Origin: Balanoglossus misakiensis
Taxonomy: Eukaryota; Animalia; Hemichordata
Assembly: GCA_040954595.2 (NCBI GenBank)
Contig: CM082593.2
Coordinates: 7,910,043 to 7,974,042, forward strand
Length of the DNA: 64,000 nt
Reading direction: 5' to 3'
A model generated the notes under the pieces. That model did no database searches and was not told the origin of the DNA. It worked only from the letters and a program-made list of their open reading frames with translations. This document shows positions 1-13,351 of the stretch, piece by piece; the stretch's first letter is position 1, and each line of letters starts with the position of its first letter. Made by a program: the position numbers and the translations under genes.

Positions 1-152
1 CCACATTGGTGGATGGTAGGGTATGTGATAGGAGACGGTGGGTTATGTCCAATTATATGGACAACATATGATGTTGTCAATGTTGGGGGCACTTCAATAA
101 CAAAATGATGCCATGATCACCGACTTCCAATGTAAAATAAACAATGACACAT

Positions 153-3100
153 TCATGGATGATCCTGACTGGTAAAAAATAACAGGAGAGCCGGAAAAGC
201 AGGAGTAAATAACCAAGTATTACTTTCTATTTTAGAAGGAAATAAATGTAGAATTGCCCTGTGCCACTAGGTGGTGCCTTGACTCATAAGCATAGATGGG
301 CTGCACAAACAACCCACAGCTTCACAACATTCAGGCATTGCATGACATTTGAATGGCTTACTTTTTTTTCCATTTTCCTTTCCTTCTTTTCTTATCTTTC
401 TCCTCATTTCCTTCATTCACTTCATCATCTTTAGCCTTGTTATACCACTTGCCATCTTTAGATTCCTAAAATGTTAAGTCACACAAATCTGGTTCAGTAA
501 AACATACACGGAAGTAATTAGAGAAAATTTCCACCTGACGTTTCCTCACCTCAAAAGAATTGGACTCATGGATATTCGAAAAAAAATTCTTTCGAAGACT
601 TTTACATGAGAATTTGTTGTTAACATAAAATATTGTAGATTCTGTCATGATTTGAACAAATGTAACTTAGATCACCCTAAGGAAAATGCCCCAAAATATA
701 CCTAATGGCAAATTTCATCAAAACTTGAATAAATCTGACTCATATTATCCCCAGGGACCAGCATACCAAATTTCAAACAATCTGATAAGTGGATTCAGGG
801 TAGAAGAGTTTTGAACAAAACCAGCAAGAATTACATGTACATGTGTATGCAAGTTTCACCACAATTTGAACAAACTTTGCTTGGAACCCCTTCAGAACCC
901 ACATACCAAATTTCAAAGTAATTGGATGAATGGTTTCGGAGAAAAAGGTTTTTTAAAAATCAAAAATGGCAAAAATTGCCCCAAAGTGCCCCCAAACTAC
1001 AAATATGCAAATTTCACCACAACTTTAAGAAAAATGTACTAAATTCAACCCTGGGAACCTGCATATCAAATTCAAAGCAATACGGCCAGTGGTTTCAGAT
1101 AAGATTTGTTTTACCAAAAACGGGAAACATTCCTGTTGTACCTGTTGTTGTTGTACTGGTAAAGGGTGTAGCTCTTCTTGTGGTGATGATATTGACTCTC
1201 CTCGTTTGGCTTCATTTTCTGATGTTGCTTCTTGTTTCTCTTCTTTTCCATTTTCTGTTACGGCTGCAGTTTCCAGATGCTTATTGGTGCCAACTTCATT
1301 TGTTGCTAGCTCTCCTGATTGGACAGTTGCTCCTTGTGTAACTGACATAGTATGCATAGGTGTGGACGTCTGTGCATCTCCATTTTCCTCACTATTATTT
1401 GTAGCTGTTTCTTCTTTATGTTTCCAGGTTGTGACGGTAGTCGGTCCAATCAATGAAGGTACTGCTGTGTACCTACAGAACGGCCCTCTTTCTCCTTCAA
1501 TCCACAAGTAATATTCTACTAATGGTGGACATTCTACTTCAGGTTTTAGTACATTTACTCTTTCTTTCACAGTTTCAGATGATTGGGGAACTTGAACTTC
1601 AACTTGGTACTTAGTAGGTTGCTGAATATGGTCCTGCTGTGGATTTCCAATTTGCTGCTGTTGAAGTTCTTGATGCTGTGTTCCCTGAGGATAAACTGGT
1701 CGAGTTGATTGTCCAACTACAGTTTCTTCGGTGATGCCTTCTTCCTGTTGTACACTTTTCTGAGGAGATGATTCTGTCTGTTGTACCTCTTGACTCTCCA
1801 CAGTTTTTTGCTGAGTTTCCAGTGTTTGCTGCCCTTGTGTCTTCACACCTGCCTGATCGAGAGGTGGTTGATGTCCATCCACAGTCTGTAACTGAGTGCC
1901 CTGTGCCTGTCTCTGTTCTGGTTCTAGTACACCACTCTGATCACTTGAAACTTGCAGAGTTTCCAAAGATGGCAACTGGGTGTTCTGTGACGGCTGTTGA
2001 ACTGATTTTGCACTGGTCTGATCAAGAAATGGAGCCTGTGTTACGATACTTGTGGGTTGAGAAGTCTGTGGTTGTTGCTGTTGCTGCTGTAACTCTGAAC
2101 GTGGCTCTTGTGTCTGATGACTAGGTTGCCGCGTTTCTATGATTTGTTGTGGTTGAGCATTCTGTGATGACTGCAGTCCTTGGTTTATGCCCCTCTGCTC
2201 CTCATTAAGGGATGGTGGTTGTCCGGCCATACTTTGAGATGGGGTAGTTTGTGGCTGCTGATATTGCTGCTGTTGCTGCCATGACTGTTGTTGGAAACCT
2301 GGCATAGAACTCTGCTGGTCTTGAGTCTGATGTATAGGTTGCTTTGCTTCTACAATTTGTTGTGGTGGAGCATTTTGCGATGACTGTTGCACTTGGTTGA
2401 TGCCCATCTCCATATCAAGAGATGAAGGTTGTACAAACATACTTTGATATGGGGTGGTTTGTGGCTGCTGATACTGCTGCTGTTTGTTGTCGGACGATGG
2501 TTGTTGGAAACCTGGCATGAAACTCTGAGGCGGCTGAAATCCTGGTTGCGGTATTTGTCCCCCCGGCACCTGTCCACTCTGACCGACCATTGACTGCATG
2601 AACTGCATGAACATAAACTGAAGTTGTTCTGCAGGCATTTGCTGAAACATGCTCATCATGGGCTGCCCGGGAAAACTTGGACCTTGAACTCCTTGCCCAG
2701 GGTTTGGCTGAGGAGCGTGATAAGGGGGATTCATACCGTCTCCTTGTCCATATTGTGGGGCTGCTGGTACATTCTGGCTGACACTGGTAACACTTGGAGG
2801 TGGATCTGATGGACAAAATTTTAACATTTTATGCGATATTTCATCTAAATTTTAAAATACAGAAGACTTACATGTATACACACCCGATACAATTGATTAT
2901 CTGTATGTTTATATAGTGGTACATGTACTGGTATGTACTGTATAAGTACAGGTAATAAGGCAAGATAGCAACACACAGGAATGCAATTAGGGTTACTTTA
3001 TTTACTGGGTGAGTGCGTGTAATACATGCCACTTTGTAATCCCCATGATATAAACATACAAGTACTGTACATGTTATATCCATAGGGACAATATCATTAA

Positions 3101-6100
3101 GAATACTGTGAAACAGAACATAATTGTGAAGTCTTTTATTCACGTGTGGGCACAGTCTATTTTTCATGTGTGAAAAGTTGACAACTGCTCATTAACCTAC
3201 GCCACACAAAACTATGTGTAGAAGAAACCTTCCATTTAAGTAAAAAATACACCTAGTATGACACCTCCAATTTGACCATCGTTCCACTGTACAGTTTACG
3301 GTTACAGTTACGGGTGGTCATTTCACACACTCGCTCACTTACCGATCTTTATGAAATTGGTCATAACTCAGTAACTCGAGTACTGGTCAGATTGCTTTGA
3401 AAATTGGTGTACATTTACTTTATTGATACCTCTATGAAGACTTTTCATATTTACCAGGTGAAATCAGAAAATGGTTATTTTTGGTGAATTTTGAGTAGGG
3501 TTCTAATATTTTATTCTGGCGTACAATCTTACTGGCATACTTTTTTCACCAGTGATAAAATTGTTCCAAAAGACTTCATACTTGTCTGTCAACATTGTTT
3601 TCATTAATGCAGTGATAACCAAGGAGGAAGCGTACTTAATCCCAATTTCTTTAATTAAACTTAGCATTTAAGGTGAAGTGCTAAGAATTCATCTCAAAAT
3701 TGAATGTAATGCCAATTTGATGAAACTTGGTATATACAAATCTATTTTATCATACATGCATCGCCTGTATTTGGCACTTTCTATTGTTATCGCACTGAAG
3801 ATATTCTACGGTATTTCACCGAGTGAAATACCGCGTCCGCGTCTCGAACTCAGTATTTTTGAGAACGCGCTGAAATCATCACACAGTGTTGACTGTTGTG
3901 ATCGGCGCGACAGTTCGCTGCGCGTGCGAGCGACGTACGGGGCATAGGACCTTAGTGGAGAGGGGTGTTGTTCAATTCGGTAATTAGAAGCTGTAATAAA
4001 GTTTTCAAAGCTGGCGGTTTTGCCATGTTAAATGTATCATTTTTACTTCTTCGGAATTCTCAATGCAAAATAATTGTTAATATGATATTTTGAAAGAGAA
4101 CGTAGACAATTTTATTTAGAATGCGGATGTGCCCATCGTAATGAAAGCTGCCAACCCCCTCAAAATACTACGGCCCACACGTTATACGTCACAACATGGC
4201 TACTGCCATGATCCCAGGGCGCCAGGTTCAAATTTCTGGCCATGAAATTGTTTTTCTCGGCGCATTTTCGCAAAACGTACTGTTTTATAGGTAGGCATGT
4301 ATGATAAAGAGGTTATTACACGAATTTTGGTCGATAATGTGACGCATTCTCGTGATGAATACGACCCGTTATCGACCAAAATTCGTGTAATAACCCCTAA
4401 ATATTATACCTGTTGAAATATGAAATGAAAATATGGAGCAAGAAAAGTACTCCCTAAGGACCTACAAAAATGTCCTTTTAAAATAAAAGTTCATTTTAAA
4501 AGTGTAAACTATGCAAAATCTTTGGTACTTAAAACAAGTGACCTGTCAGTCAAAAGAGTTCTGCTGACTTTAAAGGGACACAGTCTCTCTCGTGCTTCCC
4601 TATTTTCCATCAATTATGTTTGATACAATACACCATTTATGTTTTTCTACATGTGGATATATAGTGAATCAATCTTCAACCACGCACAACTTCCATCCCG
4701 TTTGTAGGATATAAGAGTAAAAATCTCGCCAAAATGAATAAATGGTAAAGACTGATTATTCATTTTGGTGAGATTTTTACTCTCGTATCCTACGAACAGG
4801 ATGGAAGGTGTGTGTAGTTGAACGTTGTCACTATATATCCACATGTAGAATAAGATAAATGGTGTCTGGTATCAAACATAATTAATGGAAAAAGGGCAAC
4901 GAGAGAGAGACTTTGTCCCTAAAGTTAAGAGTGTAACCTGGGCAATGATATGAATACCCTAGGTTTTAATTCATAACAATTGTATTCTATTGAACAAAAC
5001 CAAACATAGACATCACAAGTATTTATAAAAATTCAGCTTGATTCATTGTGCTAAAGAAAGAAAGAATTGAATCCTAAAGAACAACATCAAAAGGAAGCAC
5101 CAAGGTTCTAATTTGCATATTCATGACCCGATCAAATCCAAATTAAAAAAATCAGGTAGGGACACCATAACACAAATTCCTACCAAATTTCAGCTCCATC
5201 GTACATGTAATTAGGGAGAAGAAGATTTTTTACCAAAAAATCTATTTTTAGATCTACTTTGCATATTTATGACCCCATCATATCCAAATTAACAAAATCA
5301 GGTAGGGGCACCATAACACACATTCCTACCAAATTTCAGCTCCATCGTACATGTAATTAGGGAGGAGAAGATATTTTACCAAAAATTATATTTTTAGATC
5401 TAATTTGCATATTCATGAACCGATCAAATCCAAATTAACAAAATCAGATAGGGACACCATAACACACACTCTTACCAAATTTCAGCTCCATCATACATGT
5501 AGTTAGGGAGAAGAAGATTTTTGACCAAATGTTCTATTTTTAGATTTAATTTGCATATTCATGACCCGATCAAATCCAAATTCAGGGCTCGAAATTAAAT
5601 TTTTAATGTGGTGGTCCAAGTGGACCACCACAAATAAAAATGTGGTGGTCCAAAACTAAATTTGGTGGTCACACCAATGAAACATGTAAGTCGTAACTTA
5701 AAGTCTACATGTACGCGTACGCGCGCTTGTATGCTGTAGCAGGACGCACAGTGATGTACGTGCGGTAACCTTGGCACGTGTCGGCGCTATAATTTATGCA
5801 CGCAGATGCCATTAGATATAACAAAGCAAGTAGGGCTTCTGGGTCATTTTCCTTGATGATATAACACACGAATTCGCTACCTTGTCTGTACTAATGCGTA
5901 TTGGGGGGGGGGGCACTTGCAACACGATCTCTTTCTTTATGTACTTTATTCGCTACATTGTAAGATTTTTTTGTGTTGGGCCGTCTAGACTTGAAGGGAG
6001 AACTCATTCAAGTCGATGTTTATGAAAGCCTGCTTGTCTATTGCTATTTTGTTGCACGTAATTCAAATACAATTTCACGCAATTTTATTTCGCTCTTTGC

Positions 6101-9100
6101 GTGCACTGCACGTAAAACATAAAATATCAAACGCGACCCCATAAACCGCGACTCTGCATGTCAAAAGAACTCTATTGACATTACAGTTATTCCATTGACG
6201 GACTTGCGTTAGCATAATGTACATAGACCCTGGAGCATACACTGCGTTTCCAATGGTGATGCCCAATTGCTAACGTCACAGTAGTTTCAAGGCTACCCCG
6301 AAAATATAGTTCCATTGCTTATTTGTATATGGGTTACATGAAACGGGTCTGTGTTCACGTATATGGTCATGCGGGTAGATAAGTGACAGCTGGGAGGAGC
6401 GTTAGGGATATTGCGGTCCTGAAATATACGGAAGTGAACTATCGCTAAATCATTCCTCTTACCGAACTATCTAAGCACTGAAGACGAACGAATTATAATT
6501 GGTGGTCCAAATGGACCACCAATTTTTCAAATGTGGTGGTCCAAAATGAAAATGTGGTGGTCTTTGGACGCAAGACCACCGTTAATTTCGAGCCCTGAAA
6601 TTAACAAAATCAAGTAGGGGCACCATAACACACATTCCTACCAAATTTCAGCTCCATCGTACATGTAGTTAGGGAGAAGAAGATTTTTTACCAAAAATTC
6701 TATTTTTAGATCTAATTTGCAGATTTATGACCCCATCATATCCAAATTAACAAAATCAGGTACTGGCACCATAACACACATTCCTACCAAATTTTAGCTC
6801 CATTGTACATGAAGTTGTGGAGAAGAAGATTTTTACCAAAACTTCTATTTTTAGGTCTAATTTGCATATCCATGACCCCGTCAAATCCAAATTAACAAAA
6901 TCAGTTAAGTGCACCATAACACATTCCAACCAAATTTCAGCTTAATATGCCAAGTTGTTTTAAAGAAGAAGATTGAAGTACCAAAAGTTGACGGACGACA
7001 GACGCCGGACGGACAATTATCAACCTACTGCTACAGCTCGGCTGACACAAGTGACAGCAGAGCTAAAAATACATGCCTTTTTCAGATATTTGACTGTCAA
7101 TCAAATAACAATAAATAATTTGATATGGAGATGATGGAAAGTTGAGGAAACACAAATTTTACGCTTTCCACTGGCTATTTTCTACTGATCAAATTCATGA
7201 AAATAATTAAAATGAAACTTTACTGTACGCTTTTTTTATAAAAAATTAAAAATAGGGTGTCACCATGCTATTCTTAAAGATATCTCCCCATTTCTAACTC
7301 AGGATTACTGAATAAATCATTTCTGATTACATTCTAAATGCCTGTGTTGAAAGAAAACTAATGGCCCAGGGGGTCATATTTATGAGGGGTCAAAGGTCCA
7401 TGGGTTCATCTTCATACTGTCAAAGGTGGTGTGGGTCACGACGTCACTTCCGGTTTAACCCGCTCTTAGTCAGCAAAACATGGTCGACCCAGCAGTGTCA
7501 CGCGTGTAGCTTTCTGTGCGCAATCGACTTATGTTCTCGTAGGTTATGTAAAGGAAACTCCGTTCGAACAAAAACCAATCCAATTTTTATAAGTTAACTG
7601 TCTTAGCATCGTTCTATGAGGAAAGTACTATCGATTTTGTTCCGAGTCGCGATTTTTTGGTGTTTTTTCACTCTATATGTCAGCTGGCATCATGGCGTAC
7701 TGTTGCCAATGATCGTACTCGGGCGACGTAGTTTGAAATTGAAGTAAGCAGGCAGACTAAACAGTGAGCGCACAGCTTTGTTATGTGTATATTTTGAAAG
7801 ACTAATATGTAATGTGCGTGAAATTGCACGAGAGCCCCAAAGCGCCCCTTTTATTTTATCGATTTTACTGTATTTAGAAACTGTACTATCCCATAGGCGC
7901 CTAACACATTCCCTCTCCGTATGTGAAGGCCGTGGTGATCGCAACTTACTGTAATACTAATTTTAGAATAACCCTATTACAGTCAACACGTTCCTGAAAA
8001 AGACCAACGACATTACGCTCGCTTCGGTGCCATTCCAGTGGCAGTAAAATTTTCTTTCAAGCACTAGTACGATTTTTTATGTGGTAAGGACGCGCGCCGT
8101 TTGACTTGCGTAACTAACCACATATTTACAGACATGCATGTAGGTTTCTTGTACTTATTGTGCGTAAAATAAAATAAAAGTCTTCTGGTTTTCGTTTATT
8201 TGCGGTTTGGTGTGGGATTTTAAAAAAATACTGTACATATTTGAGAAGAAAATTGAGTTGTAATAGAACGAATAGAAAAGCTACAACGGTATGTTGGCCT
8301 ACGGAAAAGCTTTTCACGCTCGGCGGCCATCATGCAGCTACGCCCCGTCGACGTATGCGCATAGCCCCGCGGCCAGGACATCGATCCGAATAGACGGTTA
8401 AAAACGTCAAGCGAGCCGAAAATATCACAGAGAACGAACTTGGTACCAATCTGTGCTCAACTAAATGTCCGGTGTCACAAAAATCAAAATATCCTACGTA
8501 AAAGGTTCAAAGAAAGTGATCGTCCAGACACTGCTGACGTGTGTACTCGAGGCCAGCCGGAAGTCATGTTATGAGAGTAAAAACTCGGCCAAAATGAATA
8601 AATTGTAGAGATCGATTATTCATATTGGTGAGTTTTTTCACTCTTGTGTCTACAAGCGGGATGGAAGGTGTGTGTGGTTGAACGTTGATTTACTATATAC
8701 ATGTATCCACATGTAGAATAACATAAACGGTGTCTTGTATCAAACATAATTAATGGAAAAAGGGCAGCGAGAGAGAGACTTTGTCCCTTTAAATTTTGTG
8801 TGTGTGTACTATAACCGCTTAGCCGTCTACCTTTTAGAATTTTTTGTGGACGCAAAACAAAGAATTTACTTACTCTGGCCTAATTTACAACTTCACACAA
8901 ACCACCCAACATGACAGCCATCCAGGTGGTAAAATATGTGCCCAGTCCAATTTAGAATGAGGCCATGTCAAAAAATAGCGTCAAGGACACTGTGGTCCCA
9001 TTTGAGGATTATGCGGAAACAGTGACACACCAGAATAAAAATTACAGGTGACATTGCAAGCAGATCTGCAAGCAGCAATATCGGGCCCAAGCCAACATAG

Positions 9101-12100
9101 CACATAGCAATATAGCAATAAGCATAGTAGCTAGACAAAAGTATTGAGAAAAGTTGAAGTTGTTGGAGCTTCAGTTCGTACAGTTTACACAGCGATAACA
9201 ATCACATCGATCAGAAAAAAATGAAATGTTTGGAGTGATGCTGGAAGTATAGAAGATAATCACAGTATAGTTTGAAGGCGTGAGAAGGCGTGAATCCTTC
9301 AGGAGATAAAGTTTCGCTTGTGTCTATACACGTACGGGTGACTTTGGGTCAAATCGTGTTCGTGTTATTATACAAATAAAGAATTCAACTGTAATCATCA
9401 AAATATTTACCGAGTGCCCGAGCGTTAATAGTGCCAACGCTGAGATAAAACATATTTTATAGAAGGAACTACAATCGCATTGACAATGTGTTATGTTATA
9501 TACTGCCCAGTAAGTTAATTCGTTTAATTCTTTTGTTGTCATGTATGCATGTATGTTTATTAAATACCACTGCCCATTCTCTCCCTGTGGAGAATTCATG
9601 ATACTTCAATACCCAACAAATCAGTCTGGTCGAAATAACAAAGTGGCACGAATCGTACTTTAAACTCAAGTGCCTTAATGGGCCCACTCCAAGCTCAATA
9701 ATGGTGCACGTAGGTGTGACATTTAACAAATTGTATCGTTACATGTAAATATTTCGTAACCAGATCCCGGCCGAATTACATCACTCGTGTGTTCTACATC
9801 ACACATTGACCCCATTAAGAGGTAAGGAACCTCATCACCATTATCGGTATCGACTGGTGCCTGTATCAAAAGAACACCGCCCTACTAATGAATCTGCCAC
9901 GTCTATAAGCTTGGTTATTTTTGATCGTTCTGTGTTTAATTTGTATTCTTAATGTAAGAATGTAATTTCAACTAGTTTAAAAAAATAGCGTCAAGGACAC
10001 TGTGGACCCATTTGAGGATTATGCGGAAACAGTGACACACCAGAATAAAAATTACAGGTGACATTGCAAGCAGATCTGCAAGCAGCAATATCGGGCCCAA
10101 GCCAACATAGCAACATAGCAATAAGCATATCTGCTCTGGATGCCAAGATATGGAAAAGTAGGTCAAAGGTCACCTGAGGTTATGCAAAATTTGGGCAAGG
10201 AATTTTGACCCTATACTGGTCCATGTTCAACAAAAACCAAACCTATAGCCCTATTGGTTAGCCTGGAATTAGGTATGCACATAATTAATGAGATATGCAG
10301 GTGTCACAGGTGACCCCCAATTTTGGCTTTTCAATTTTAGTCCCAACCCTCCAAACGCCAAGTCTGTACCTGCTCTGGATGCCAAGATATGGAAAAGTAT
10401 GTCAAAGGTCACCTGAGGTTATGCAAAATTTGGGCAAGAAATTTTGACCCTATACTGGTCCATGTTCAACAAAAACCAAACCTATAGCCCTATAGGTTAG
10501 CCTGGAATTAGATATGCACATAATAAATGAGATATGCAGGTGTCACAGATGACCCCAAATTTTGGCTTTTCAATTTTAGTCCCAACCCTCCAAACGCCAA
10601 GTCTGTACCTGCTCTGGATGCCAAGATATGGAAAAGTATGTCAAAGGTCACCTGAGGTTATGCAAAATTTGGGCAAGAAATTTTGACCCTATACTGGTCC
10701 ATGTTCAACAAAAACCAAACCTATAGCCCTATTGGTTAGCCTGGAATTAGGTATGCACATAATAAATGAGATATGCAGGTGTCACAGATGACCCCAAATT
10801 TTGGCTTTTCAATTTTAGTCCCAACCCTCCAAACGCCAAGTCTGTACCTGCTCTGGATGCCAAGATATGATAAAGTAAGTCAAAGGTCACCTGAGGTCAT
10901 GCAAAATTTGGGCAAGAAATTTTGACCCTATACTGGTCCAGGTTCAACAAAAACCAAACCTATAGCCCTATTGGTTAGCCTTGAATTAGGTATGCACATA
11001 ATTAATGAGATATGCAGGTGTCACAGGTGACCCCCAATTTTGGCTTTTGGATTTTAGTCCCAACCCTCCAAACGCCAAGTCTGTACCTGCTCTGGATGCC
11101 AAGATATGATAAAGTAGGTCAAAGGTCACCTGAGGTCATGCAAAATTTGGGCAAGAAATTTTGACCTTATACTGGTCTATGTTCAACAAAAACCAAACCT
11201 ATAGCCCTATTGGTTAGCCTGGAATTAGGTATGCACATAATAAATGAGATATGCAGGTGTCACAGGTGACCCCCCAATTTTGGCTTTTCAATTTTAGTCC
11301 CAACCCTCCAAACGCCAAGTCTGTACCTGCTCTGGATGCCGAGATATAGGAAAGTAGGTCAAAGGTCACCTGAGGTCACCCAAAATTTGGGAAAAGAAAT
11401 TTTGACCCTATACTGGTCCATGTCCCACAAGAACGAAACCTCTAGCCCTATTAGTTAGCCCGGAATTAGATATGCACATAATTTATGTGTTAAGCAGGTG
11501 TTACAGGTGAGCCCAAAATTTTGCCTTTTATTTTGGCCCCATTGTGCTCACTGACCAATAGACAGTCACTGTACAGGACTATTGCACAGACCAGAATTCC
11601 ACAATAAGATGTGGACATAGCTTAACCATAGAGGTATAAGTAAAGGTATAAATTTAATAAAAAGACTAAAAAATTCATAAAAAATAAAACATCGATGATA
11701 TTAACTTAACACTTACAGGTCGATGTGAGGTTGACATAAGGTACATGCATACCAATTTTTAAAGCAATCTGACGAGTAGTTGTTGACTTTCAGAGTTTTG
11801 ATAAATTTCACATTTTTCCAGCTAATTTGCATATTTTTGGGCCTGGCAACTTCGTTTGGACAAACTCCCATCTACAGCCCAGCCTGCACCTACACACCAA
11901 ATATTGAGGTGATACGCGCAGCGGTTTTCAAGTTTTTGATGTGGACGGACATACAGACATACATCCATCCATACATACATACATACAGACGCAACCGATC
12001 CCATAAGGTCCCATGGTATATATGCCTATACCAATGGGACCTAAAAATGTACATTTCAATCATGATATATAGTTGTTTGTTGGACTTTTGAACCACAAAC

Positions 12101-12706
12101 TTGCCAAATGGTCTTTTATGTTCAAATTTGCATTCTTTTTAAGCAAAATTAATGTTCTGAATCTTACCGCTTGACATTTTTAAATGATATACATGTACAT
12201 GTACTCTCAATTCTTTTAAAGCCTTTAGAGCTGCCACTTTTTGCATTATTTTCATGATTTTATTTTCAAACTTAGATTGGTACATCTACATAAGCCTGAT
12301 GTTGTGGCTGTATGTTGCAATTTGAACATGGGTGCCACACCGATTTAATCAGCCTCCATACAAACAGTACGCAGCCATCATGGTATGCATTGCCATGAGA
12401 TGACAAACTGATGCAAATACAAGTAATATGGCTATAAATGGTGAGGATAAGGACTAGATTTGAAGTATTTCATTGTGCAAAAAAATATGTGAAATTTGGC
12501 AGCTCTAGAGGCTTTAATTGCCATTCACTGAACATACAATTTAAGTACTCACAAGTCCCTTTTATTGTTGGACCAGGGCCATGAGTTTCCTCAGCTCCTT
12601 CTGACAGTGATTTCTGCAGTTTATGTCCACAATGGGAGCAAAAAGAAGGATTTGTTCCAGGAGTTGGATTCTTACATTGGTCACAAACAAAATATGACCC
12701 CTCCAT
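153..12706 (-). CDS. Zinc-ribbon plus Gln-rich low-complexity protein (about 658 aa if the last exon is right), resembling the N-terminus of invertebrate RNF213-like proteins
   Basis: Exons 12706-12553 (MEGSYFVCDQC...FCSHCGHK, CxxC..CxxC, phase 1), 2844-1142 (in frame with the 600-aa Q-rich ORF, phase 0), 465-362 (ESKDGKWY...KRRKGKWKK, phase 2), putative last exon 168-153. All introns are GT-AG with matching phases. Probable non-coding first exon ending near 15020. The RNF213 resemblance is inference from architecture only. Confidence 0.6.
560..1130. repeat. Degenerate interspersed repeat fragment with recurring ACCAAATTTCA motifs
   Basis: Repeated 'cataccaaatttcaaa' and 'tttcaccacaa' blocks at about 760, 900 and 1010-1070, similar in style to the internal repeats at 5105-6990. 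Confidence 0.45.
4311..4395. repeat. Palindromic hairpin element
   Basis: ggttattacacgaattttggtcgataa ... ttatcgaccaaaattcgtgtaataacc. Confidence 0.75.
4574..4920. mobile_element. Non-autonomous TIR element (TTAA target, Kolobok-like MITE), family A
   Basis: Ends agggacac/aagtctctctc ... gagagagactttgtccct. Other copies at 39083-39431 (full), 8575-8787 and 27255-27346 (partial), 15916-16330 (interrupted). Confidence 0.75.
5105..7067 (-). mobile_element. Helentron/HINE (DINE-1-like) non-autonomous element with an internal ~146-bp tandem array
   Basis: About 146-bp units (ctaatttgcatattcatgaccc...cctaccaaatttcagctccat...gaagaagatttt), a GGAC-rich tract, and terminal hairpin agctcggctgacac-aa-gtgacagcagagct followed by an A-run. 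Confidence 0.6.
5583..6597. mobile_element. Non-autonomous TIR transposon with 5-bp TSD (hAT5-like), nested in the 146-bp array
   Basis: TIRs cagggctcgaaatta / taatttcgagccctg, TSD AAATT at 5578-5582 and 6598-6602, subterminal gtggtggtcc repeats. Confidence 0.85.
9132..12044 (-). mobile_element. HINE/Helentron-like element with six ~239-bp tandem units plus about 0.9 kb of attached flank (copy 1 of inverted pair)
   Basis: Terminal hairpin aggtcccatggtata...tataccaatgggacct, (ATAC/ATCC) microsatellite, units starting 10131, 10370, 10609, 10848, 11087, 11327. Reverse complement of 19937-22393 (identical ORFs in the ORF track). Confidence 0.8.
10131..11540. repeat. 239-bp tandem repeat array (about 6 units)
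   Basis: ctgctctggatgcc recurs every 239-240 bp. Confidence 0.95.
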
Positions 12707-13238
12707 TATCTTCTCTGGTAGTGGTACAGGCTAGTCACCTGCAATTCTGCATAATAATTCAAATCAAATTCAGGAGTGAATTATTCCAATTTTCAATAAC
12801 AAAAATATGTGTATGGTCAGATATAATTGTTAAGATATAGTAGTCTAGCGATGAAAATTAACTATTCTTGAAAAATATTTTGAGGTAACACAGCAAAATG
12901 TTACATTTTACACTTTTCAAAGGCAATTTTGTGCACTGTCTAACCTATATAATGTATGCAATATTTTTTTATGTGACCAAGTTAGTTGTAACTACATGTA
13001 TTAAGATATATTACAAAAAAATATCAGTAGTGTGTCCGGTACATTGATTGACTTGAACACCATCATAGACATGATCATGTGGTGACCCATTGCCAAGGGT
13101 TCCACAGTTGAAGTCCTTTTGACATGTAAATACACAAAATCAAAATATGTGCAAAGATGGACTATGTAACTATGTAACTTGTAAGCCCAGCCAAAAAAAC
13201 ACGCCAGCTGGGATTCCAGACTACCACAGGCCCAAGCC

Positions 13239-13351
13239 CAATCTGAATAAAATCAGATGTAAGGTAACATGACGTCTTTTACTTCTGAGGTACGGTATAC
13301 CGAGCAAGTAAAAGACGTTGTCATACCCTACATCTGGTTTTAGTCAGATTG
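13239..13351. mobile_element. Short foldback MITE, larger relative at 36790-37095
   Basis: caatctgaataaaatcagatgta...gtcttttactt / aagtaaaagac...tacatctggttttagtcagattg. Confidence 0.65.

Noticed and set aside
922-2816. Several overlapping and antisense ORFs
   Set aside because: Shadows of the Q-rich coding exon
10131-11540. Regular array resembling a CRISPR locus
   Set aside because: Whole 239-bp units repeat with no unique spacers, no cas genes, and the context is a eukaryotic intron
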